A stretch of DNA of 64,000 nt from Candidatus Marinacidobacterales bacterium (GCA_965237955.1 OZ250169.1:1504001-1568000), one strand, 5' to 3'; counted from the stretch's first letter, positions 9,937-20,839 are shown. Made by a program: numbers and translations. Notes: generated by a model from the sequence alone, not told the origin.

Positions 9937-11391
9937 ATGCGAGACACCGTTAATCGACGAGACTTCCTGAAGCAAACCGCCGGCGTGAGCCTGGCCGCGT
10001 TCGCCTCCAGGCCGCGCCTGTCGGCCGTCCAACATGTTCTCGAGCGTGATCGATACCTGCTCATCGACTCCCGCAACGTCGAGCACACCGACAATGCGAG
10101 GCTTACCCCTGGGACCGTTCACAAGCACGCGGGCAATCCCCTCTTCAGTGAAGACAAGCCCTGGGAAAAACGGATCGATAACGTGTACGCGAACGTGATG
10201 TATGACGAGCAGGATCAGCTCTACAAATGCTGGTACAGCCCTTTCATCGTCGACCATTCAGCGAGGGGAATGAGCGCTGCAGAACGCGCAACTCCGTACG
10301 ATCCGCCCGGGAACCGCGAAATGGCGATCTGCTACGCGACATCCCGTGATGGTCTCAGCTGGGAAAAGCCTGAGCTCGGTCTCGTCAAGTATGAAGGCAG
10401 TACGGCCAACAATATTTTGTGGCGTGGAAGTCAACCCACGGGACAGGAGTGGTACGACCCTCACGGAACAGGCATATTCAAGGACCTGAGCGATCCCGAT
10501 CCCAAACGGCGTTACAAAGCATTCTTGAAAGGGAACATCCTCTCCGTGGCGTTTTCCTCCGATGGCGTTCATTGGAGCCCCGCGTTGCCCTGCCCGGAAG
10601 CCGACGTCCCCGGTGATACCCACAACAATGCGTACTGGGCACCGACGCTGGGGCGGTTTGTCGGGATGACGCGTCGGTGGGGCGAGGCACGTGGCCGGCA
10701 GGTGGCCCGGACAACCAGCCCGGATTTCGTCAACTGGACCAAGAGTGAAGTGGTACTCGAGGGATTGACGAAGAGATTCCAGACCTACGCCATGCCGGTC
10801 TTCTATCATGCCGGCGTGTATCTCGGGCTGCTCGCCCTTTATGATGCGGAAGCCGATCGGACATGGACGGAATTGACCTGGAGCCCCGATACAGAAACGT
10901 GGCACCGTGTCTCTGCGGGAACGCCCCTCATTCCGAACGCCGATGAAGAGGGTGCGTATGACTGGGGATGCGTCTATGCTGCCGCGACTCCTGTATTCCT
11001 CGAAGATGAGATCAGACTGTACTACGGCAGCAGTGACGGGTATCACTTCGGCTGGAGGAACGGCTTTTTCTGCTTGGCTACATTGAGACCCGATGGTTTT
11101 GCAGGATACGGACAGCAGGATAACAGTAGACCGGCGGTTGTCACGACCAGCCCGATAGCCGTACGTGCCGGCGTCTTGGCCGTCAGCGCCGATGTAGCGA
11201 CCTCCGGCCATGTTGAGGTCACGGTACTCGATGACGAGGGTGCGCCCTTGGCCGTCAGCGAGCGAATCGCAGCGATCGTTACGGACACAGAGGTTCGTTG
11301 GAGGAACGGTTACTCACTGGCAACGGGGAGCGACATTCGACTGAGATTCGAGTTGAGCGGCGCAAAGCTGTACTCGTTCAGCTTCATTTGA
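9937..11391 (+). CDS. Tat-exported five-bladed beta-propeller glycoside-hydrolase-like protein
   Basis: RRDFLK Tat motif; NPLF...KPWE, YATSRDGLSWEKP, SSDGVHW, S.DFVNW, LRPDGF motifs. Confidence 0.7.
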   Translation: MRDTVNRRDFLKQTAGVSLAAFASRPRLSAVQHVLERDRYLLIDSRNVEHTDNARLTPGTVHKHAGNPLFSEDKPWEKRIDNVYANVMYDEQDQLYKCWYSPFIVDHSARGMSAAERATPYDPPGNREMAICYATSRDGLSWEKPELGLVKYEGSTANNILWRGSQPTGQEWYDPHGTGIFKDLSDPDPKRRYKAFLKGNILSVAFSSDGVHWSPALPCPEADVPGDTHNNAYWAPTLGRFVGMTRRWGEARGRQVARTTSPDFVNWTKSEVVLEGLTKRFQTYAMPVFYHAGVYLGLLALYDAEADRTWTELTWSPDTETWHRVSAGTPLIPNADEEGAYDWGCVYAAATPVFLEDEIRLYYGSSDGYHFGWRNGFFCLATLRPDGFAGYGQQDNSRPAVVTTSPIAVRAGVLAVSADVATSGHVEVTVLDDEGAPLAVSERIAAIVTDTEVRWRNGYSLATGSDIRLRFELSGAKLYSFSFI

Positions 11392-11422
11392 TCGGGCAAG
11401 CCGATCGACAGCTTCCGCTAGT

Positions 11423-13115
11423 TAGTTCCTGTCCAGAAACACCATAACTTGTGGTGTGCGACAGGCCTACCGAAGATGTGGGTATTATACGGTTTCGGTA
11501 GGGAACTTCGTAGGGTTGAGAGCGAATGAAAATCTTGGACGAAACGAGAGGCGAATCGTCAGGAATCCAAGGCTATGGGAGCGGAAGAGTAATAGTTATT
11601 ATCTTAATAGATGTCTCGCCATCACCAGTAGATTGCAGGTGATGATGGAACCCCATACGTACGATTTAAAAGAAGGCAATGAGCGCCATGTGCATCGGTC
11701 GAGACCAAAGACTCGTTTCAAGAACGAAATGACGCCTTCGATCCCGCAGCGAAATCGCCGCAGGCGTTGATAGACCCAGGAACTCTTGACCATATCGGTC
11801 ACGGCGAAACCTTGAGCCTTGGTAAAGGCAACATCTTCAACTCCCTTGCCTTTGATGGCTTCCAAGTTTGCCTTTGAAGAAAACGCGCCATCGTAGGCGA
11901 CCTGGCGCGGGGCCCGCTCGTAGAGTTCGACTAGACGGTCGATCATGGTTTCCGCGAGAGTTGAATCGGCCGGATTCCCATCCAAGATCACGCAATCCAA
12001 AATCATCGAGGACGAACCACCAGTCAGACACACCTTGTGACCGTAGAGGGTCTCGCGCCGGTCTTTGCGAATAATGTCGGTGTGTTCTTCGAAGACAGAA
12101 ACGACCTTTTCCTCTGCAGGCACACGCTCTTCGTCGATCACTCGGCGTTGGGTTTGGTTGATGACTTTCTTGGTGAGGACGAGAAAGTGCTCAAAATCCG
12201 CGGCGATCCTCTCCGTACTCGCTCGCTTCACAGGCTCGGTCAAGCCCGACTCTTCCAACTGTTCTACAACGCGTTGAGCGGAGCGATAGGTTTCTTCCGT
12301 CACCTTCAGTAGATCTCGATAGACGCGACGCCTTTGTTGCTTATCCTTCGCGTTCAGAACTCCCAGTCGACGTCTCTTCGCTCGACGCGTTCGATTGCCG
12401 AAGACCACTACTGTACCCAGCAGTTCGCGAGCTCCGCACATCAGGCGAGTGAGAACCCGAACACAGTCATAAAGAAGCTCGGAGTCTGTAGGCGGATGAA
12501 TGTTTGATTCCACTACCGTGCAGTCCACTCGTACTTTTCTTCCCTTTTCGATCCCAGCATCCTCGGCAACGCTCACCAGCTCTCGGTTGATCTGCTCCAG
12601 CGTTTCGAACTTCACGGCTTTGATGTTTGCTGCTAGGGTCGACTTCGACGGGGTCGGCTCTATGATGCCGAGCTGGCAAAACGTCCGATAGCTTCGAGAG
12701 TCTGCCAAGTGAAACGCCAGCTCTCGATAGCTGAACTGATTCAGCTGCTTGACCAACAACGCCCGGAGAACCTGCTCCGCGCTCATTCCCCCACGACCAA
12801 CATCGCTCCCTGCCGATGGGGTGACCGACTTCAGGTCTTGCAGTACCAGCTCATTGAGCTTAGGATGGGCATCGAGCAGCGACGAGATCGTTTCGAGTTC
12901 GCGTGCGTGCTCCAGCTCCAGCCAGGGCTCACGTAGATTTGGCTGTGGGTTGATCGTTTTTCGCATTTAGGGCTGGTCTCCTTTGGAGTTAAGTCATTTA
13001 GAATCGGATGTTTTCAACGACACGGTCCTAATCGACACCCCCTCAGAAGACTAGCCCTAAATTTGCGATTTCTCCTTTTTTCTCAATCCCTTACAGGCTT
13101 CAGGACGGGTACTAG
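11423..13115 (-). mobile_element. ISNCY-type insertion sequence
   Basis: Imperfect TIRs TAGTTCCTGTCCAGAAAC / TAGTACCCGTCCTGAAGC around a transposase; CTAGTTA at both junctions. Confidence 0.8.
11599..12966 (-). CDS. ISNCY-family DDE transposase
   Basis: 455 aa; SYRELAFHLADSRSYRTF, RVDCTVVESNIHPPTDS, YDGAFSS, FRCGIEGVISFLKR. Confidence 0.9.
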   Translation of the reverse strand: MRKTINPQPNLREPWLELEHARELETISSLLDAHPKLNELVLQDLKSVTPSAGSDVGRGGMSAEQVLRALLVKQLNQFSYRELAFHLADSRSYRTFCQLGIIEPTPSKSTLAANIKAVKFETLEQINRELVSVAEDAGIEKGRKVRVDCTVVESNIHPPTDSELLYDCVRVLTRLMCGARELLGTVVVFGNRTRRAKRRRLGVLNAKDKQQRRRVYRDLLKVTEETYRSAQRVVEQLEESGLTEPVKRASTERIAADFEHFLVLTKKVINQTQRRVIDEERVPAEEKVVSVFEEHTDIIRKDRRETLYGHKVCLTGGSSSMILDCVILDGNPADSTLAETMIDRLVELYERAPRQVAYDGAFSSKANLEAIKGKGVEDVAFTKAQGFAVTDMVKSSWVYQRLRRFRCGIEGVISFLKRVFGLDRCTWRSLPSFKSYVWGSIITCNLLVMARHLLR

Positions 13116-13182
13116 TTAAGCGATCCACAGGCTGTCGGGAGAAAAGCGTGCCTCCCGCTTCTCGCCGTGACGAACACGTCGG

Positions 13183-14224
13183 ATGGATACGATCCCCTAT
13201 CCGTTCTTTTTCGTCTCGAACCGCGGCGGGAGCATGGATCTCTGGCAGCAACGCATCGGGGAGGAAGGGCCGGTAGGTGCGCCGGAGCCCTTGACGGTCG
13301 GTGTCGGAATGCGAAGGGCGGCCTTTTCTCCCGACGGGACGAAGCTCGCTTACTCCAAGGGCCGGTTGGTGGGAAACGTGCGGCGCGTGCCCATTCTCCG
13401 CGATCGTACGGCGAGCTGGGCGGATACCGAGCAGATCACCATAGGCCAGGCATACACCGGCGGCGTCGACATCTCTCCTGATGGCCGGAGACTCCTGGTG
13501 GGCTCCGACCGTTCGGGGAATCGGGATATCTGGGTGCTCCCCGCCGAGGGGGGCGATATGACCCAGTTGACGACGAATCCCACGGGAGATGGGGGCGCAA
13601 GATGGTCGCCGGACGGACGGGAGATTGCCTTCTGGTCCTACCGCAGCGGAAACCGAGATCTCTGGGTGATGCCCGCGGAGGGTGGTCCTGCCCGGCCACT
13701 GACTTCAGACCCAGAACGGGAGTCCAACGCGACGTGGTCTCCTGACGGAACGGAGATCGCCTTTGTCTCGGCGCGGAGCGCAATCCCGGGACATTTGGGT
13801 GGTCTCGGCGGATGGGGGTGAACCGCGCCAGGTGACGGATCATTCCGGTGTCGATCAATTCCCCGCGTGGTCGCCCGACGGCAAGTGGTTGGTGTTTCAG
13901 TCCCACGGGCGCGCGGCCGGTCTCCGGCGCATTCCCGCTGCCGGAGGAGAAGCCGAGCCTGTCACCGAGGGCAGGGCATACCGACCTCGCTGGTCTCCCG
14001 ATGGAAAGGAGACCTACTTCGTGCGACCGACCGACATCAACGTCAACATCTGGGCGGTGTCGCTCACGGACGGGCGCGAGTACCCGGTGACCGATTTCTC
14101 GGGACGGCACGGGAGCCTCGGCTGGTTCTCCCTCGCTACGGACGGGGAGTACCTCTACTTCAACTGGGAAGAGGACCTCGGCGACATCTGGGTCATGGAC
14201 GTCGTCACGGACGAGGGTGAGTGA
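13183..14224 (+). pseudogene. PD40/TolB-like propeller (C-terminal half of a kinase-TolB protein), 5'-truncated and frameshifted
   Basis: WSPDG and SDRSGNRDIWV repeats split across ORFs 13183-13821 and 13763-14224. Confidence 0.75.
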
Positions 14225-14972
14225 TGCTACCAATCCATGGTGTCTACGAGGTTGTTGTTCCGGTGAAGGATCTGGCGCGGGCCGAGTCCTTCTATTGCGG
14301 TGTTCTCGGACTCGAAGTTGGGATTCGGGACGAAGAAAGGAGATGGCTTTTTCCTTCGCGCGGGAGAAACGGCGGGGACGGTTGTGCTCCAGGAAACAAT
14401 CGGCGTTTCCCAAGACTCATTTCGCGCTCACGGTCAACGAGGGCGACATTGACGCCGCAGCATCTACGCTAAGGAAGCACGGAATCACAGTCAAGGGCCC
14501 CATATTTTATGGGACTAGCTTGACAACCCCATAAGGGCGATAGTGGAACACGGAAGCCGCTAGGAAACAGGGAAATCCGCCGCCGCTACATGGCTGGGCT
14601 GCTGGCGCAGCCCACAGCGCCCGAACTCACCGAGGCCGGGCTCGTCCGGCTGTCTCCCAACGGGAGACACGATGACTTATTACGATCCACACCGCGTACA
14701 TAAGACGTTGTAAATAAACGACTTGCTTAGAAAACGCCCGCTACCACGCACCAAAAAAATCAAACCTAAGCCGCAGACGGTGACGACGAGCGGAAGCGCA
14801 AGCGCAAGCGCCATGCCAAATCCAGCCTCGCCGCCCACCGGAAGCGGCGGGCGCGTGTCAAGCCATAGGTATAAGTCCCTATTTTATCGAGTGGATGCCC
14901 GCGAAATCCATCTACTTCTCCGATCCCGACGATCACGATTTGGAGCTGTGTGCGCCCATTGAACAACCTAGC
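14221..14972 (+). pseudogene. VOC/glyoxalase-family gene split by a 369-bp insertion
   Basis: VKDLARAESFY..VLGL, HFALTV, GITVKGPIF before the insert; EWMPAKSIYFSDPDDHDLEL after it. Confidence 0.8.
14511..14879. mobile_element. MITE or internally deleted IS with 8-bp target duplication
   Basis: Ends GGGACT...AGTCCC, both with an internal GCTTGACA; flanked by TATTTTAT at 14503-14510 and 14880-14887. Confidence 0.8.
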
Positions 14973-15052
14973 AACAGAATCCTCGGGGGAACCACCCTAG
15001 AGTTTGACCCCGCCCTCCCAGGCCGCTAGATTCCTCCTTAATAAGGTTACGA

Positions 15053-15457
15053 ATGGCTCTTACCACCGGAACCCGCCTAGGCCCTTACGAGATTCTCGCT
15101 CCGATTGGCAAGGGGGGCATGGGTGAGGTGTACAAAGCGAAAGACACCCGCCTCGACCGCACCGTGGCGATCAAGGTCCTCCCCGAGCACCTTGCCGAAA
15201 GTCCCGAGCGCAAGGCACGCTTCGAGCGCGAAGCCAAAGCGATTTCGCAGCTGAACCACCCGCACATCTGCACTCTCTACGACGTCGGAGAGCAAGACGG
15301 AATCGATTTCATCGTCGTGGAGTACATCGAAGGGGAGACCCTGGCGGAGCGGTTGAAGAAAGGGGCTTTGAAGCTCGAGCTGGCCGTGGAGCATAGCGTT
15401 CAGATCACCGACGGGCTACGCCGGGCGAAAGGTGACGAGCAACTTTCGTTGGACTAG
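15053..15457 (+). pseudogene. Ser/Thr kinase N-lobe fragment
   Basis: GTRLGPYEILAPIGKGGMGEVYKA.DTRLDRTVAIK...LNHPHI; ends before the HRD motif. Confidence 0.85.
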
Positions 15458-15568
15458 GACAGGCACCCTCGAAGGAAGCGGGGAGCAACAGCTAGGCCAT
15501 GCCTACGGCGCGCCGTGCCAGCCCTCGACCCTACCAGGTGCGGACCAATTTGCCGACGAGCGATAGTT

Positions 15569-16079
15569 TCACACGAAGGAAACCTTTGCTGAGGATCGAG
15601 CAGCCTGGCTGGTTCGGGCAGCCAGCGCCGCCTTCACTCGCTCTTGCGTAAACGGCACCTCTCGGATACGGGAGCCGGTAGCGTCGAAGACGGCGTTTCC
15701 GATGGCTGCGGCGGCGAGCGTGATGGTGGTCTCGCCGGCATCCATCGCTTCCACGTCGGCACGATCGATGATCACCGTTTCCACCTGGGGCACGTCGAGG
15801 CCGAGCGGAAGGCTTCGGTACGTTCCCCAGTCCACCGAGGTCACCTTCTTCTCGTCCCACGTGACCTCTTCGAGGAGCGCGCGGCTCATTCCCCTGTAGC
15901 GTGCCCCCCTCGACCTGATTCCGTAGCCCATCCGGGTTCGAGACGGGGCCGCAGTCGACACCGGCCACCAGACGCTTCACCGCTACGGCTCCAGTGTCCT
16001 GATCCACGTCGACGTGCGCCACCAACGCGCAATACCCATTGTCACCCTCATACAGCACGCACGCCATCCCGCGACCCGT
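15569..16079 (-). pseudogene. Xanthine dehydrogenase-family molybdopterin-binding subunit, C-terminal fragment
   Basis: VDCGPVSNPDGLRNQVEGG, GET.....AAAIGNAVFDATGSRIREVPFT; frameshift; cut by IS5. Confidence 0.8.
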
Positions 16080-17166
16080 TGCCTTGGTGCACAACTCCGA
16101 TAGAGGCCGAGAGCTCGCTTGGCCCCGACTCCCATCATCCGATCATCTCGCTATCAGGCATCCCGAGCGCCGTCATCGTGTTGAGAATCTTGCACCCGAT
16201 CCTTGCCTCGACTCTCTGTGCCGCCAACCCTCTCGCTCGCATCGCTGAGCCCACGATAGCCTTGTAGCGATGGAACGTTGTCTCGACTTTGCTCCGTTTG
16301 CTGTAGCCCGATTCTGTGTGCCACTTTCGTTTGCCGAGCCGAGCTTGTGCTGCAATGTTGCGATTGCGCTGTCGGCTGCTCGCCGGCCCCGATGCGAGCT
16401 GGGCGCCCTTGCGCGGCGGTATCAACACCCTCGGCGAGCGATGAGCGCTGTGATTCTCGATTGCCTCATAGACACCGCCGGCGTCGTATGCGGTGTCAGC
16501 TCTGGCCGATGAGATGGGACTGTCGATCTGTCCGACAAGCGATGCAACCCGCGATGAATCGCGGGCTCTTTTGCTCGTCAGCTCGCCGGCGACGACTTCG
16601 CCACTCTGCTCGTCGACACACAGATGGAGCTTGCGATAGTCCCTGCTCTTTGGTGCTCTGCGCAGCTGGCCGGCGTGGACAGCGAGACCGCTGCTGTCGA
16701 TCAAGATGTGCAACGGCGTCTTCTGCTTGTCTTGGTAGAAGGGGACCTTACCCAGCTTCGCCTTGCGCCTCGAGATCGTGGTGTGATCGGGCACATCATT
16801 GTCTAGCTTCATCAGAGCGAACAACGACCGCAGCAATCCCTCGCTCTGCCTAGATGACAGATGAAACACCATGCCCAGGGTGACAGCCGTCTCGATGGCG
16901 TGGTTCGAGTACTTGCGTTGACGGCCCGGTTTCCTCCTCCTCGGCCGGGGCGCGTCCCAGTTCACAAGCTTGCCGGCGGTGAGCGAGATCCAGGCGGTCA
17001 GGCTCCCGCCGTTGCGTAGACCCGCCTCATATTCACGCCAATTCCTCACGCGATAGGCCTTCTTCACATACTTCCGCTGAGTGCGTTTGAAAATGCTCAT
17101 GGGGAACCTCGAATCCGTGAGTAAAGGACAATTGTGGACCGAGATCGCGAGTTGTGCACCAAGGCA
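16080..17166 (-). mobile_element. IS5-family (IS903-like) element, copy 1
   Basis: Perfect 18-bp TIR TGCCTTGGTGCACAACTC; near-identical to 42030-43116 and 57742-58828; no TSD. Confidence 0.95.
16135..17100 (-). CDS. IS5-family transposase
   Basis: MSIFKR...NWREYEAGLR..GSLT, PDHTTISRR, IDSSG, ADTAYD, GYSKRSKVET. Confidence 0.92.
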   Translation of the reverse strand: MSIFKRTQRKYVKKAYRVRNWREYEAGLRNGGSLTAWISLTAGKLVNWDAPRPRRRKPGRQRKYSNHAIETAVTLGMVFHLSSRQSEGLLRSLFALMKLDNDVPDHTTISRRKAKLGKVPFYQDKQKTPLHILIDSSGLAVHAGQLRRAPKSRDYRKLHLCVDEQSGEVVAGELTSKRARDSSRVASLVGQIDSPISSARADTAYDAGGVYEAIENHSAHRSPRVLIPPRKGAQLASGPASSRQRNRNIAAQARLGKRKWHTESGYSKRSKVETTFHRYKAIVGSAMRARGLAAQRVEARIGCKILNTMTALGMPDSEMIG

Positions 17167-17893
17167 CTTCGACAACGGAAGCGAGGTCGTCACCAGGCAT
17201 GAGCGCGGTGAGTCGCTCGAGCTTATCGCGGAGCTCGGCGCTCGCTGTAAACTGAACCTTGAAACGAGCGGGTGCCAGCGGCTCCACGACCGCCTGCTTG
17301 GCGGGTGCCTCTTGCGCCGGAGGGGGCGGAGCATCCTGCCCAACTCCGTCTGGACGTTGTTGCGTAGCTTGCATCGCTGGCTTCCCGCCTTCGCTCGTCG
17401 AGCGTCGGCGAGGCCTAGCCGAAGCCTTGGCGTCGGCTGGCGCCAGTCGCTTCGGAAGCTTTCGGATCACGGACGGAACGTCCGGCTTCGGCGCAATCTC
17501 GGCCACTAGCTCCTTGATTGCGTCCTTGGTCTTGTGGGTCGCGCGAGCCAATAGCTCGTCGCGATTCGACTCGGTCAGATGCCGCGCCAGCTCAGCAATA
17601 CCGCTCAAGTGCATGCGTCCGTCGCCGAGCATCGTCAGCAGAACCGGATGTCTCCGTGACGCGCGCGCTACATGGATCCGTAGATAGGCTTCCGCCTTCG
17701 AAAAGTGCAACACATCGATGCAATATTGAAACATCGACGGCGACGCCTGGCGAGCAAAAAGTCGGCGTGTATCAACCTCAGCGATGTGCGCGACGAGGTC
17801 GGACTCGACACGTCGTGACTGTTTCAAAACATCCGACAGTCGACGGAGCAGCTCGTCATCCGACAGCGATTTCAAAGCTTGTGTTGTCTTCAT
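17167..17893 (-). pseudogene. DUF222-like/HNH-associated protein, N-terminal part, truncated by IS5
   Basis: LSDDELLRRL...LVAHIAEVDTRRL...SMFQYC...SKAEAYLRIHVAR and VEPLAPARFKVQFTAS are typical of this family; the HNH tail is absent. Confidence 0.75.
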
Positions 17894-18488
17894 GACCTTC
17901 TTATAACACGGACTTTTTCGACGCTCTGAGCTCGCGCGTGTCGTGCGCAAACAGGCCGAGAGACTTTCGACGTCTCGCCAAGCAAGAGAATACGGCTATC
18001 GCTTCTCTATCACGCGTAGAGGCGCATCACAGATCGCGCCCGCGATTTCTCTCAAACGGCCTTGGAAAAGCTGTCAAGTAAAAAATGGGGTCCGGACCGG
18101 GTACATTGGTGACAAAACAGACCCCGGAGCACTTCTACGTCGCGCAGACCTATCCCAATGGAATGCTCTCTTTTGAGTCCACGCAGTGGTACATAAGTGG
18201 CTGCCTAGAATCAGAGCGCGTTGGTCTCGAGGAAGTTGACTCGCGCATCGCCGTTCTTCCCGCCGGAAGTCGCCGTGGACGCTTCTCGAAGTCGTGGCGG
18301 CCGCGCCTTGCGCCGACGGGTCTTCTGCTCTTCCAGCGAGAGAGCTCTCTGTGGGCGGCTCCGTTCCAATCTCCAACGCAACCCCGTTTGTAGCAATAGC
18401 TTGCAGCGAGCGATCACGGACCAGACGCGAGCTGGAGCGGAAGGAGTGTGTCCGATGCGGTGCCTCAGGGAGGAAGACGGCTCGAAGC

Positions 18489-18662
18489 GCCAAACGTTTG
18501 GCACTCCGCGGCATCGTTTCGGGGAGCGGCGGTACGAGAGACGTGCTTTCGGGAACGCCGCGAAAGCGCTACGGCCCCTTGTCCCGTCTGCCAAACGTTT
18601 GGCAAACCTACACCTCCGCCCCCCTGGTTGCAGCCCTTTGATGTTGTTGCCAAACGTTTGGC
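18489..18662. repeat. Three copies of the perfect palindrome GCCAAACGTTTGGC
   Basis: At 18489-18502, 18590-18603 and 18649-18662. Confidence 0.9.
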
Positions 18663-18737
18663 GAGCGCGCTCCCTTCCGTGTCGTCTTCGCGAAGGGTTC
18701 AGCGATTAGCACGCCACGCCACGCTATACTCCCGGCG

Positions 18738-19544
18738 ATGGCGCTCCGCGACCACGCGATCTGGTGGCCCGGCCTTTTGACCCTGCCCGTGCTCCTCGGC
18801 CAGGCGATACAAGCTCGACGAACGACTCCCCTTTTGCCGAGCGCGCCTTCGCCGCACTCGGGAACGATCGCTCCCAAGGATCCGTCCGATGCACGTGCTC
18901 TCTCGCTCTACCTCATCGGCGAGTCCACCGTTGCCGGCGTCGGCGCGCGCACTCACGAGCACGCGCTGAGCGGCCAGCTCGCGCGTGGGCTCGCGGAGGC
19001 GCTCGCCCGCCCCGTTCGCTGGGAGGCGCTCGGTCTCATCGGTGCGCGGGCGCGTGATTGTCTCGAGCTCCAAGTCGAGCTCGAGCTCATCCCACGGCTC
19101 GAACGCGCGCCGGCGGATTTGATCGTCGTCGCCCTCGGCGTGAACGACACGACAAAGCTCACCGCCCGCGCGAAGTGGCGCGAGACCCTTTCTCAAATCG
19201 TCCGGCGCCTTCGCGAGAAAACGAGCTGTCCGATCCTGTTCACGAGTCTCCCTCCGATGGAGCACTTTCGAGCGATGCCGCAACCACTGCGCGTGATGCT
19301 TGGCGCACGCGCCCGGATGCTCGACGGCGACATCGCACGGGTCGTGAACATCAGCCCGGGAGTTCACCACCACCGTGCCGAGCTCGAGTTCGAGCCCGAC
19401 TACCTCGCGTCCGACGGATTCCACCCGTCCGAGCTCGGTTACGCTTTGTGGGGAACGCAGCTCGCCAAACACGCGGCACGGCTTGTTGCTCGCGATGGTC
19501 GCAAGGACGCTTGCCCACTACCGGGTCCTGGAGAAAATCGGTGA
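18738..19544 (+). CDS. SGNH/GDSL hydrolase
   Basis: IGESTVAGVG (block I), LGVND (block III), DGFHPS (block V). Confidence 0.88.
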   Translation: MALRDHAIWWPGLLTLPVLLGQAIQARRTTPLLPSAPSPHSGTIAPKDPSDARALSLYLIGESTVAGVGARTHEHALSGQLARGLAEALARPVRWEALGLIGARARDCLELQVELELIPRLERAPADLIVVALGVNDTTKLTARAKWRETLSQIVRRLREKTSCPILFTSLPPMEHFRAMPQPLRVMLGARARMLDGDIARVVNISPGVHHHRAELEFEPDYLASDGFHPSELGYALWGTQLAKHAARLVARDGRKDACPLPGPGENR

Positions 19545-19656
19545 AGGCGGTATGGGTGAACTCGACGACAGCGTCGCCGAGCCACCGCCGACGCACCTCG
19601 TCCTCGTCCAGAACTTTGACGAGGAATTGAAACGCCTCGTCCCGATTGAACAGTAA
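19495..19656 (+). pseudogene. Collapsed kinase-TolB gene (first ~22 codons joined to last ~31 codons)
   Basis: MVARTLAHYRVLEKIGEGGMGE joined in frame to ...LVLVQNFDEELKRLVP. Confidence 0.7.
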
Positions 19657-19668
19657 GCCCAGTCAGCT

Positions 19669-20839
19669 TCAGAAAAACAAGCTCGCCGAGACGTAGACCG
19701 TGAAACCCACGGCGCCATACTCTGATGGCTGCGGCGTTTGGGGGGTGACGATGTCATCTCCGAACCCGAAGAAAAGACCGCCGGATACCGTCGCCTCGTT
19801 GCTAGCCGAGTAGGAGAAGCTCGGAGAGATCAGAACGCTACCGTCGTCGATATTCCAGAGTCCCAGCGCCGCCAGGCTCCATAGCGGGTGGAGCTGGTAG
19901 GACGCCTGGACCGCGGTCTCGTCACGGCCGAGAACTTGAAGCTCACCGCGAAGAAACGGATCTGTCTGAAACAACTCGAGGTAGTCGTCCGCGCTCGGTG
20001 CCGCCAAACCGTCGTGCTGGTACTCAACGACCACATAAAGATCCCGCCTGTTCACGTTGAACAGCCGGTCGAACCCAATCGTGCCGCGGAAAATCACGTC
20101 ACCGTCGATCTCTCGAACGACGCCTTCGCCGCGCACCGCCCAGCTCCCGACAGATCCAGCAGCCGCGAAAGCGCCGGTGATATCGCCGTAGAGCGACCCT
20201 CCCCAGCCAGAGATCTCCCAGCTCTTCCACGTCGTGAGACCGCGGCCGAGCGTGGTGAGCTCATCATCCACGTTCTCGTTTTTCGTCGGACGCACCACAA
20301 GGTCGATCTCACTCAACGGGCCCGGGGAAACCCGCACGCGGACGGCATCGACGCCCGCACGGAACTCGCGGAACGGATCCGCGGGCTTGAACGCGGAGAA
20401 CGGCTCGGCCGGCGTCAAGAAAAGCGTCGTCGCCCACGACACCGCTTGACGACCCACGGTGAGCTCGAACGATCTCGTCGGGCTCCAACCGACCTCGAGG
20501 CGATCCAATCGGTGCTGCCAGAGGAAGTGTTCTTCTTCGACGATGGTCCACTGTAAGTCGAGCCATTCGCCGCCGCTCGGAACCAATCCTACGAAGATGC
20601 CCTGCGTGTCGTTTTGGCGAACGGTCGCTACTTGCTCGTGCGCGAAGCGGAAGGAGAAGTCTCCCCACACGGGATCGCTCATCACGCGGAAGCGGTTGAA
20701 GTCGCTCAGGTTTCCGTCGATAAGCTCCGTCTCTTGACTCCAGAGGGGTACGTTTTGGTAGTAGAAGGTGACGGGTTTCGGCTGAGCGCAAAGGGGCTTG
20801 GCAGCTAGTGCGGCGAGGACAATGAGTGCTTTTAAGCAA
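19669..20839 (-). CDS. Probable outer-membrane beta-barrel protein of the ABC/LolA-like operon (start uncertain, possible 1-base indel)
   Basis: Signal-like KALIVLAALAA; RLDRL, TVGRQAVSW, GVDAVR motifs; C-terminal Phe. Confidence 0.65.

Noticed and set aside
18489-18662. CRISPR array interpretation of the palindromes
   Set aside because: Repeats are only 14 bp, spacing is irregular, and there are no cas genes in the window
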